Shown here in pieces: positions 18,946 through 26,455 of a stretch of 26,569 bases of DNA. The position numbers and the translations under genes were made by a program. This DNA is from Chloroflexota bacterium (GTDB lineage: Bacteria > Chloroflexota > Limnocylindria > Limnocylindrales > CSP1-4). How positions within the stretch are numbered: position 1 is the stretch's first letter; every line of letters starts with the position of its first letter. The DNA lies in the NCBI GenBank assembly GCA_043758855.1, contig JAYVMQ010000067.1:1-26569 (forward strand). The letters run 5' to 3'. Under the pieces are notes generated by a model, which did not search any database, was not told where the DNA came from, and worked only from the letters and a program-made list of their open reading frames with translations.

Positions 18946-20724
18946 CTACTGCGCGGTCACAACCCAGATTCGCCAGTCCCCCGTAGCCGCGAGCGGCGCC
19001 ACGACGAGCGTCTGCGGGGGCTCCGAGGAACCTGGGAAAGTGACGGCTACGGCATAGGCCCGACTGAGGTCGGCGAGCGCGGTCAGGTCGGCCCAAACGC
19101 CTGGGCCCAGTTTCTGCTGACTGATTGCGGCCGCACTGTTCGTAATCTCGCCCATCGCCAGCGCGTAGTTGGTCCGCGTGCCGAGCGCGACCATGGCCGC
19201 CTCGAACGCCGACTCGCTCCCAAACGCCCGCTGCGAGTACGACGAGAGCATGTTCCAGGCCGTCGTCGGAACCTTAATGGTCATCGTGGTGTAGTTGACG
19301 GCCAGATTCTTGACGGCATCTACGTCCGTCGAGTTGGCCCCCACCTTGGCCCGGGCATCGCCGAAGTTGGCCGGGTGCCACGTCCGGCCACCATCCGCGG
19401 TCTGCATCAGCACATGAGTGCCTGGACCTCCGAATACTGTGGCGATGCCGCGGTCCTTGTCGATCAGGTCTACCCACAGGAACGAGGTGTTCTCCGGCAT
19501 CCCGGACCCGGCCACAGCCGTCCAGCTCACCCCAAAGTTGCTGCTCACGGCCAAGTTGTAGTTGCCCAGCATTCTGGCCGCCCACTGGCGTCCGACCAGA
19601 GCGGCGGGCGGGAAGTCTAACATCGGAAAGTCGGTCGGCTCCTTGAATACGGTCCAGGATCGACCGGCGTCGGAGGTTCGGTAGAACCAGATTGCCGGCG
19701 GCGTTTCCGACCCGTTCAAGAAGACACCGACTGCGATGGCTCCGTCCGCGGCATCCCAGAAGACCGGCCCGGCGGCAACGCCGACATCGGCGGCCGCAGG
19801 GGCGGACGCCAGGTCGGGTAGATCGACCGTCGACCAGGTCAGGCCGGCATCTCGACTCACCGCCAGGGCGACGCCCGAGTATGTCGACGACGTGTAGTCC
19901 GGGGCCGACCAGAGCGTATTCGCATCGCTGGCGGTGAATTGCGACCCGAGGCCGGTGCCGCCGCCGGCGATGGACCAGCTCGCGCCGCCGTCGTCGGTCC
20001 GCAGAACCGTGCCCGAACCCTTCTTCGAGCCGGCGCGGACCTGCGCGATGGGTCCGTCAGGCCCGGGCGTGGAGCCATACGAGCACATGATGAATCCGTG
20101 GCCTGCGTCCACGAACGAGATCGTCGCCGAGTCGCAGCGGTAGTTGCCCGAGACCGTCGTCGAATGCCAGGTTCGGCCGCCATCGCTGGTTCGATTGATT
20201 GTGAACAACTGCCCTGAGGCAGCCGGAGTGGCCAAACCCCCGTTCATACCGTTCGAAGTGATCGCCCAGGCGTGGTCCGGGTCAAGGACGAAGACTTGCT
20301 CAACCGCCGGATCTCCACCCGGGCCCGGAAACGTTCCGGCTCGCCATGTCACGCCGTTGTCCGTGGACGTGAGGAAGTACGAGCCCTGGACGGCCCAGAT
20401 GCCGCCGGATCGCATCACCCCGGCCTCGTCGACCTGGGCGTTCAGGGCGGCCGGCAGATCGAATGTCGGGCCCGGCGAGGCAGTGCCGGACCCAGGGCCA
20501 ACCGCCGTTCCGAACCGCGGCAGCACCAGCACCGCCAGCAGGACGACGGCCGCAGCCAGGGTCGCGGCCAGTCGCAGGCTGCCCCAGAGCAGGTGCCTCG
20601 GGCGTGGCCGGCGCGCTTCGTCGAGAAGATCCCGCGAAGCCAGCATCAGCCGCGCGGAGTCCTTGGGCTCGCAAGTCCTGTAGTAGGAGCGAATTCTCGT
20701 CTCGAGATCGGGGGCGTTCATCAT
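18946..20724 (-). CDS. Membrane-anchored Asp-box/BNR beta-propeller protein, probable anti-sigma factor
   Basis: ~50-aa N-terminal soluble part, one TM (LAATLAAAVVLLAVLVLP), seven Asp boxes (STDNGVTW, TSDGGRTW, TDDGGASW, SRDAGLTW, TSDAGRSW, SSNFGVSW, TADGGRTW), extra C-terminal domain. ATGA overlap with the ECF sigma stop. Confidence 0.75.
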   Translation of the reverse strand: MMNAPDLETRIRSYYRTCEPKDSARLMLASRDLLDEARRPRPRHLLWGSLRLAATLAAAVVLLAVLVLPRFGTAVGPGSGTASPGPTFDLPAALNAQVDEAGVMRSGGIWAVQGSYFLTSTDNGVTWRAGTFPGPGGDPAVEQVFVLDPDHAWAITSNGMNGGLATPAASGQLFTINRTSDGGRTWHSTTVSGNYRCDSATISFVDAGHGFIMCSYGSTPGPDGPIAQVRAGSKKGSGTVLRTDDGGASWSIAGGGTGLGSQFTASDANTLWSAPDYTSSTYSGVALAVSRDAGLTWSTVDLPDLASAPAAADVGVAAGPVFWDAADGAIAVGVFLNGSETPPAIWFYRTSDAGRSWTVFKEPTDFPMLDFPPAALVGRQWAARMLGNYNLAVSSNFGVSWTAVAGSGMPENTSFLWVDLIDKDRGIATVFGGPGTHVLMQTADGGRTWHPANFGDARAKVGANSTDVDAVKNLAVNYTTMTIKVPTTAWNMLSSYSQRAFGSESAFEAAMVALGTRTNYALAMGEITNSAAAISQQKLGPGVWADLTALADLSRAYAVAVTFPGSSEPPQTLVVAPLAATGDWRIWVVTAQ

Positions 20725-21239
20725 TTCTGCTCCTCGGCCCGCCGCTCGGCGTCGAGCCCAGCCCGCATGTGTACCAGGGCGTAGTGAAGTCGAGACTTGA
20801 CCGTGCCTTCGGGGAGTCCCGTCTGGGCTGCGATCTGGGGGACGGTGAGGTCTCGCCCGTAGCGGAGGCCCAGCACAATCTGCTCATCGTCGGTGAGCCG
20901 GGCGATCGCGGGACCCAGGTCGTCGGCGGCGGAAGGAGTCCAACCCGGCTCGGCTGCCGGTTCGATCGTCGCCACGGGCTGGCGTCGCCTCCGCCGAAGC
21001 TCGTCCCGGCAAACGTTGACCACGATCCGCATGAACCAGCGGTGCGGCTCGCCCAGCTCGAAATGGATGGTCCGCCGGCGGCTCCAGGCTCGGAGAAGCG
21101 CCTCCTGGACGGCATCTTCGGCGCCGACCGGGTCGCGCAGGATCCACGAGGCCAGCCGGTGGGCTTCCGGGACGCCGGCCAGCAGCATCTCGACGACACG
21201 GTCATCCTCGCGCGGCTGGACGCTGGCCAATTCGATCAC
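20721..21239 (-). CDS. ECF-family RNA polymerase sigma factor
   Basis: Region 2 AEDAVQEALLRAW and WFMRIVVNVCRDELRRR; region 4 LTVPQIA...GLPEGTVKSRLHYA. GGGAG SD before GTG. Confidence 0.95.
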   Translation of the reverse strand: MIELASVQPREDDRVVEMLLAGVPEAHRLASWILRDPVGAEDAVQEALLRAWSRRRTIHFELGEPHRWFMRIVVNVCRDELRRRRRQPVATIEPAAEPGWTPSAADDLGPAIARLTDDEQIVLGLRYGRDLTVPQIAAQTGLPEGTVKSRLHYALVHMRAGLDAERRAEEQK

Positions 21240-21269
21240 GGGTCTCCCTCGCGGCTGTGGTACTCGATC

Positions 21270-21296
21270 TACGCCTGAGGCCGCGTCAACCGTTCA
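21270..21296 (-). promoter_or_regulatory. Candidate autoregulatory ECF promoter
   Basis: Minus strand TGAACG, 17 nt, CGTA, ~30 nt upstream of the sigma start. Resembles the AAC/CGT pattern of many ECF promoters. Confidence 0.55.
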
Positions 21297-21340
21297 ATCT
21301 TCGCGCCCGCGAGCGAGTCGCGCCCCGCGCCCCTGCGCGC

Positions 21341-21413
21341 GTGGCCCTGTCTGTGGCTGGTGGCGTGGCTCGTGAGTGGCGCATGGCCAGTGGCGTGGCG
21401 CGTGGCGCGTGGC
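21341..21413. repeat. GTGGC short-period repeat tract
   Basis: Nine GTGGC copies in 73 bp, on the left flank of the palindromic element. Confidence 0.75.
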
Positions 21414-21429
21414 GCCTTGGGTCGCCCCA

Positions 21430-21656
21430 AGTCTTGCCTATTGAACATGAGGATGACGTTGAACAAGGTATCGAATCGAACCGCAGCCGCACGACCGATG
21501 TTTGGCTCCACCACGCGCTCAAGACGGGACACGAAAGCCGGGAATCGGCCGTTTCGCTCGCATTGGGCCTTGAATAGGGCGCCGCACAGGGGTGCAGGAC
21601 CCGATTCGGTGGCGGTCCCTTGTCCGATGTCGTCGTGGTGTGCATTAGGAAAGACT
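21430..21656. repeat. 227-bp long imperfect palindrome with 39-bp terminal inverted repeats (MITE/REPIN-like)
   Basis: 21430-21468 vs reverse complement of 21618-21656: 29/39 identical, ungapped. Central hairpin CGAAA-GCCG-GGAAT-CGGC-CG-TTTCG, whose loop midpoint (21543) is the midpoint of the element. Confidence 0.75.
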
Positions 21657-21670
21657 CGCGCCCCCGAGCC

Positions 21671-21797
21671 CCGAGCCCCGCGCGCCCTTCGCCCCGCGCC
21701 CCCGAGCCCCGCGCGCCCTTCGCCCCGCGCCCCCAAGCCGCGCGTCCCGCGCCGGCCCCGGCCATCCCCGCCGGCCATCCCCACCGGCCACTCCCCG
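21671..21797. repeat. C-rich tandem repeats: 31 bp x2 exact and ~13 bp x3
   Basis: CCGAGCCCCGCGCGCCCTTCGCCCCGCGCCC at 21671 and 21702; CCGGCCA(T/CT)CCCC(G/A) at 21758, 21771, 21784. Confidence 0.85.
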
Positions 21798-21801
21798 CCG
21801 G

Positions 21802-22950
21802 CTAGCCGATCTTCTGGCCGCGGACCAGTTTGGCCGGCTCCAACGCGGTGCGGCGGCCGCGGTTCGACATCGCCTTATGGAGGGCAACCTCGTGAGCGCG
21901 GCGTTCCAGGTCGTCGTTAAGCGGCGCGAGCGCGACTTTGGCCGGAGATATTCCCTCGGCCCGGCCAACCGCGATCCGGATGAGCTGATCCGTCAGCCAT
22001 GGGTTCTTGGGCAGGCACGGGCCGTGGAGGTACGTCGCGAAGACGTTCCGGTACCGCGCCCCCTCCAAGCCATCGCGCCCATTGTTGCCCGCTCCGGCGA
22101 CCATGCGGCCAAAGGGCTGGGAGCCCGGCCCAAGTGTGGTGAGTCCGGAGTGGTTCTCGAAGCCCACCACCGTCTCGGTGACGTCGCCGATCGTGACCTC
22201 GCAGGCGGCGTGCTGCATGAAGCGTTGCGGCCCGCCACGCGTCTCCAGGTCCAGAATCCCCGCGCCGAGCATCTCCTCGCCCGAGTTGGAAACGTAGCGG
22301 TGGCCGAGCAGTTGCAGCCCGGCGCAGACCGCGAATACCACGACGCCTTCATCGACAGCCGCCCTCAGCGACGGGGACTTGCGAGCGAAATCGGCAGCGA
22401 CTATGGCCATCTCCACGTCCTGCCCGCCGTGGAACAGGACCACGTCAAACTTGCGGAAGTCCGGCGTGTCGCCCTTCTCGACGGCCACGACATCGACGGG
22501 AATGCCCCGCCACTGGGCCCGACGTTGGAGGGCGATGAGGTTGCCGCCGTCTCCCGCCACGTTCAGCAAGGACGGGTACAAGTGGGCGATGCGAAGTGAT
22601 TTGTGATCGCGCGAGCGGCTCAAGCGGGTCGCTCGAATGAGCGGAGCCGACGGAGGCGCTGGAGCCGGCTCGAGGGGACCGACGGGCTCGAGCGCAGCCG
22701 ACTGGGCCATCGAGGCCGGCTTGGGGGCCGCCGTCGACCTGGCGGCCGACTTCGACGCCGAATTCGTGGGGGCCGGCGTGGAGTCGAGCTTCGACTTGCG
22801 GACACGCCTGGGCGCCACCGTCGGGACCGGGAACCGATCGACCGGATCGGCCTGGTAGTCGGTTGAGAGGGGCCGGACGGCCACGATTTTGGGTGCGGGC
22901 TTGTGCGGCTGTTCCGGCGCGGCGGGCTTGACGCCCTTGCTCTGGGTCAT
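21802..22950 (-). CDS. gatD: Lipid II isoglutaminyl synthase glutaminase subunit (CobQ-like GATase) with long N-terminal extension
   Basis: LRIAHLYP..LN..GDGGN, HGGQD, FAVCAGLQLLG (catalytic Cys), GFENHSG, ATYLHGP. ATGA overlap with murT. Confidence 0.88.
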   Translation of the reverse strand: MTQSKGVKPAAPEQPHKPAPKIVAVRPLSTDYQADPVDRFPVPTVAPRRVRKSKLDSTPAPTNSASKSAARSTAAPKPASMAQSAALEPVGPLEPAPAPPSAPLIRATRLSRSRDHKSLRIAHLYPSLLNVAGDGGNLIALQRRAQWRGIPVDVVAVEKGDTPDFRKFDVVLFHGGQDVEMAIVAADFARKSPSLRAAVDEGVVVFAVCAGLQLLGHRYVSNSGEEMLGAGILDLETRGGPQRFMQHAACEVTIGDVTETVVGFENHSGLTTLGPGSQPFGRMVAGAGNNGRDGLEGARYRNVFATYLHGPCLPKNPWLTDQLIRIAVGRAEGISPAKVALAPLNDDLERRAHEVALHKAMSNRGRRTALEPAKLVRGQKIG

Positions 22951-24377
22951 ACGTCCCAGTATCGCCCCGTCCAGCCGCGGCGCCGCATCTCGTTGCGAAT
23001 CTCGATCAGGGGCGTGTACCCGCTCAGCACCACCAGCCGCGACCCGGGCGGCAGAAGCGCGATTGCCTCGGTCAGGGCAGCCCGTCGATCCTCGATTACC
23101 GTCAGCTTGTTCGTGGCCACCCCGGCGTAGTGAAGCCGGTTCGCCAGCTCGTCCGCGCGCGTGCCGCAGACGACCACACGATCGACCTTGAGCGCCATCG
23201 ATTCGAAGTCGACGTCCCAGAGCCAGCCAAAGTCCTCGCCATCGACCAACGTGTTCGAGGCGGCGATCAGGAGTTGCTTCGGCTCGTCCTCGGTTGCCAG
23301 GGCGCGGAGGGTCGTGTTGTAGCTCGTGGGGTTCTTGGCGAAGGCCAGGATTACCGTCTTGCCGCCGGCATCGATCTTCTCGAGTCGACCGAAAGCCGGC
23401 CCAACGGCAGCCAGCGACTCGGGCGCGTGATCGAGCGAGACGCCGAGTCCGACGAGGATGGCCACGGCGCCGGCTGCGTCATAGGCGATGTGCACGCCCG
23501 ACTGCGGGATTTCGAGGATCAGCTTGCCCTGCGGCGTCTGGATCTCGCAGCGGGTCTTGTCCAGGCCCGCGACCTCGAGCGACGTCACTGCCACGTCGAG
23601 CTTGGGCCGGGTGAAGCTGCACTTGGGACAGTGGTAGTCGCCCATGTGCGAGAGGTAGACGTAGCGGTACTTGAGGTCCGCCTGGCAGCGCGGGCAGCGG
23701 ATCGTGTCGGCGGCACGAGTGATCTGGTCCGTGGACTCCTTGATGGCCAGGCCAAACGTGACGCGTCGCCCCTGGCGCTTCTCGGCCATGGTCGCAACCA
23801 TGGGATCGTCCGCATTGACTATCAGCGCGCAGTCCGCAGGAAGTGCAACCGCCACAGATTCGATGGCGTCGGCAACGGCATAGATCTCTCCGAAGCGGTC
23901 CAGCTGGTCGCGGAAGAGGTCCGTGACGAGCAGCGCTCGAGGGAGCGTCTCCGGGGCGACGCGGGGCAGCGCACCTTCGTCGACCTCGACCACGAGCACG
24001 CCCTCCGGCAGCCGGCCGCCCAAAGTGGCGTGGCTCACGGCCAGGCTTGTCACTCCCTGGATGAGGTTGGCGCCGGCGGAGTTGTGGCAGACGGTGACAC
24101 CGGCACCGCGCAGCAGCGCTGCGGTGAAGCGGGCAGTCGTGGTCTTACCGTTGCTGCCGGTGATGGCCACGACGGGTACGCCTGGGATCCGAACCAGCTT
24201 GTCCAGGATGCGCGGGTCTACTTGGCGCGCGACCATGCCCGTGATCGCGGTGCCGCCTCCACGACCGATGAGGCGGGTGGCGATTGCAGCGCTCTTGCCC
24301 ACGGCGATGGCCAAGGACGCGCGGACGGAGAAGGAGGTTTCGGCAGCGGCGGGACGCCTACCGATAAGGCTCGTCAT
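22947..24377 (-). CDS. murT: Lipid II isoglutaminyl synthase ligase subunit (Mur ligase + DUF1727)
   Basis: ITGSNGKTTT, GANL, EVDEG, DLFRDQLDRFGE, NADDP, CPRC...CPKC zinc motif, KNP, DGEDFGWLWDVDFE. Confidence 0.92.
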   Translation of the reverse strand: MTSLIGRRPAAAETSFSVRASLAIAVGKSAAIATRLIGRGGGTAITGMVARQVDPRILDKLVRIPGVPVVAITGSNGKTTTARFTAALLRGAGVTVCHNSAGANLIQGVTSLAVSHATLGGRLPEGVLVVEVDEGALPRVAPETLPRALLVTDLFRDQLDRFGEIYAVADAIESVAVALPADCALIVNADDPMVATMAEKRQGRRVTFGLAIKESTDQITRAADTIRCPRCQADLKYRYVYLSHMGDYHCPKCSFTRPKLDVAVTSLEVAGLDKTRCEIQTPQGKLILEIPQSGVHIAYDAAGAVAILVGLGVSLDHAPESLAAVGPAFGRLEKIDAGGKTVILAFAKNPTSYNTTLRALATEDEPKQLLIAASNTLVDGEDFGWLWDVDFESMALKVDRVVVCGTRADELANRLHYAGVATNKLTVIEDRRAALTEAIALLPPGSRLVVLSGYTPLIEIRNEMRRRGWTGRYWDV

Positions 24378-24385
24378 CTATTCGG

Positions 24386-24391
24386 AGTGTA
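24386..24391 (-). promoter_or_regulatory. Candidate -10 box for a leaderless or near-leaderless murT transcript
   Basis: TACACT lies 8 nt before the murT ATG, with no SD in between. Confidence 0.45.
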
Positions 24392-24566
24392 ACGGGTCGG
24401 AACGTCTGGCCGCTGTGGCGGCTTTGGGGCCGCGGGCGAACGCGCCCACTCAAAGGGAGACCCCCCTGCCGTCGTTCGGGTCGTTCCCGTCCGGTGCCTG
24501 GTGTTCCGGTGGTCCGGGTCCCCGCCTCGCCCCGCCGCTGCCCGCCCCGGCCCCCGCGCAGCGCCG

Positions 24567-25424
24567 CTAAACCTCGCGGTTTCTCAGGAGCACGATCCCG
24601 ATTGCCAGCGCTCCGACAATCCAGACCACGCACCAGACCAACCAGGGCAGGCTTGGAGTCGTACCGGAGAATGGGCTGAACCGATACAGGCTGGCGTTGA
24701 CGCCGCCGGCGGTCAGGACGTTGTCGGTCGGGGTGAGCGCGCCCGCCGCGCCCCGCCAGAGAACATCGCTGGGCAGGATCAGGCGGGCCACGACGCCGAC
24801 GCCGTGCAGAATTCTGTTGTCCAGGGCCTCACCGACGCCGCCCATGACTCCGCCCATCCAGGCCAACCCGTAGGCCACGACGGCGATCGCACCGCCCGCG
24901 ACGGACGCGACCCGGGTGCTGACCACGATGGCAAGCGTCAGCAGGATCAGCGATTGGCCAGCCAGGTAGAAGGGGACGGCCAGGGGGTTGGACGGAACGT
25001 AACTGGTGGCGGCAACGACCGCGCCCAACTCCAGATAGCCGGCGACGAGCGCGTAGCCGACTAGTACCGCCGCCAGCCCAAGCCAGCGGCCCAGCAGCAC
25101 TTCCGAGCGTCTGATCGGCCGGGCCAGGACCGCCAGAAGAAGCCCGCTTTCGACGTCTGAGCCGATCGCCGGAGATCCTGCGAAGACCGCCGTCATCGCC
25201 AACACGAAGCTGAACATGAAGGCCAGCATCACGGTGACCTGCGAGATAACGAGGACTTGCCCCGGCCCGGTGATCGGCGAGGCCTCGGCGATCCGGCCGA
25301 AAGCCCACCACGTCAGAACGACCATCAGCGCCGTCAGGCCGACCAACACCCACAGGAGACGACGTCGGACTGCCTCGCGCAGAGTCAACCGGGCGATGAT
25401 TGCGATGCCGGCGATGCTGCTCAC
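24567..25424 (-). CDS. ABC-2 type exporter permease
   Basis: LTLREAVRRR N-terminus, DVESG...LARPIRRSEVLLGRWLG motif, multiple TMs. GTGA overlap with the ATPase stop. Confidence 0.9.
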   Translation of the reverse strand: MSSIAGIAIIARLTLREAVRRRLLWVLVGLTALMVVLTWWAFGRIAEASPITGPGQVLVISQVTVMLAFMFSFVLAMTAVFAGSPAIGSDVESGLLLAVLARPIRRSEVLLGRWLGLAAVLVGYALVAGYLELGAVVAATSYVPSNPLAVPFYLAGQSLILLTLAIVVSTRVASVAGGAIAVVAYGLAWMGGVMGGVGEALDNRILHGVGVVARLILPSDVLWRGAAGALTPTDNVLTAGGVNASLYRFSPFSGTTPSLPWLVWCVVWIVGALAIGIVLLRNREV

Positions 25425-26455
25425 GGCCGAACTTCTGCGGGTCCAGAGGATCCCGAGGCCGCCGCGTCTGCCTCGGCGCTTGGTCCTCCGTCCGCCGCGT
25501 CTGCCGCGACCTCCGACGCTGCGGCCGCGCCGGCGCGGCCATCTGCTCCGAGGAGCGCCATGAACCTGTCCTCAAGCGATTGGCGAGTCGGGACAACGGC
25601 GTGGATCGCGACACCACTCGCCACGAGTTCCCGGACGAGGGCTGGCACGTCCGCGTCTGCGATGCCATCGATCGCGAGCCAATCCCCGTCGACGCGGGTC
25701 GGGCCGTAGCGGGCTGCCACTTCCAGGGTGGCGGCGTCGGCCCCGGTGACGCGCAAGCGCACGCCACGCTCCTGCGTCAGCTCCGCCATGCTCAACTCGG
25801 CCACTACACCGCCACGATCCACGATTGCGACGCGATCGCAGACTCGCTCCACTTCAGTGAGCAGGTGCGAGTTGAGGAAGACCGTGGTGCCTCGGTCTCG
25901 CAGAGAGCCGATGATCCGTCGGACGTCCTGGCGGCCGACCGGGTCGAGGGCGGACGTAGGTTCGTCGAGGACCACCAGCTCCGGCCGACCGAGCAAGGCG
26001 ACGCCGATTCCCAGGCGCTGCTGCATTCCTTTGGAATAGGTGTCCGACCGCCCGTCGGCCCGATCGGCCAACCCGACCAGTTCGAGCGCCTCCGCGATCT
26101 CCTTCGGCCAGCTCGATCGTGGCAGGCGGGCCAGCTCACAGTGAAGGGCCAGAACTTCGCGCGCGGTCATCCAGCCCTGGTAGCGGAACAGCTCGGGCAG
26201 ATAGCCCACGCGTCGCCGTGTCGCCACATCGCCAAGCGGCGCGCCAAGGACGTGGCCGCGCCCGGCCGACGGCCGCGTCAGCCCGAGCAGCAGCTTCACG
26301 GCCGTGGTCTTGCCCGCGCCGTTCGGGCCGAGGAAGCCGAAGACCTCGCCCCGAGGCACCGTCATCGTCAGGCCCGCCAGCGCAACAGTCCGCCCAAAGT
26401 CCTTACGGAGTTCTTGAGTCTCGATGGCCGGGCCGCTCACGCCCGGGCCGCTCAC
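25421..26455 (-). CDS. ABC transporter ATP-binding protein
   Basis: GPNGAGKTT, YSKGMQQRLG, VVLDEP, NSH; Ala/Asp-rich C-terminal tail. Start GTG 26455 or 26440 (15-bp duplication). Confidence 0.93.
   Translation of the reverse strand: MSGPGVSGPAIETQELRKDFGRTVALAGLTMTVPRGEVFGFLGPNGAGKTTAVKLLLGLTRPSAGRGHVLGAPLGDVATRRRVGYLPELFRYQGWMTAREVLALHCELARLPRSSWPKEIAEALELVGLADRADGRSDTYSKGMQQRLGIGVALLGRPELVVLDEPTSALDPVGRQDVRRIIGSLRDRGTTVFLNSHLLTEVERVCDRVAIVDRGGVVAELSMAELTQERGVRLRVTGADAATLEVAARYGPTRVDGDWLAIDGIADADVPALVRELVASGVAIHAVVPTRQSLEDRFMALLGADGRAGAAAASEVAADAADGGPSAEADAAASGSSGPAEVRP

Noticed and set aside
21506-21513. CTCCACCA resembling a tmRNA/tRNA 3' end
   Set aside because: No preceding T-arm (GTTCGA) or acceptor-stem partner.
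14766-21656. Calling the palindromic elements bona fide IS elements
   Set aside because: No transposase ORF and no clear target-site duplication could be identified, so mobility remains a hypothesis.
21671-21797. Tandem repeats considered as a CRISPR array
   Set aside because: The units are adjacent with no unique spacers, and there are no cas genes.
21257-21968. Several 100-186 aa ORFs across the sigma-gatD intergenic region
   Set aside because: Arg/Gly/Ala/Pro-rich translations of low-complexity repeats, with no RBS or domain motifs.
24471-24486. GTCGTTC direct repeat (9-bp period) upstream of murT
   Set aside because: Only two 7-mers in GC-rich DNA; too weak to call an operator.
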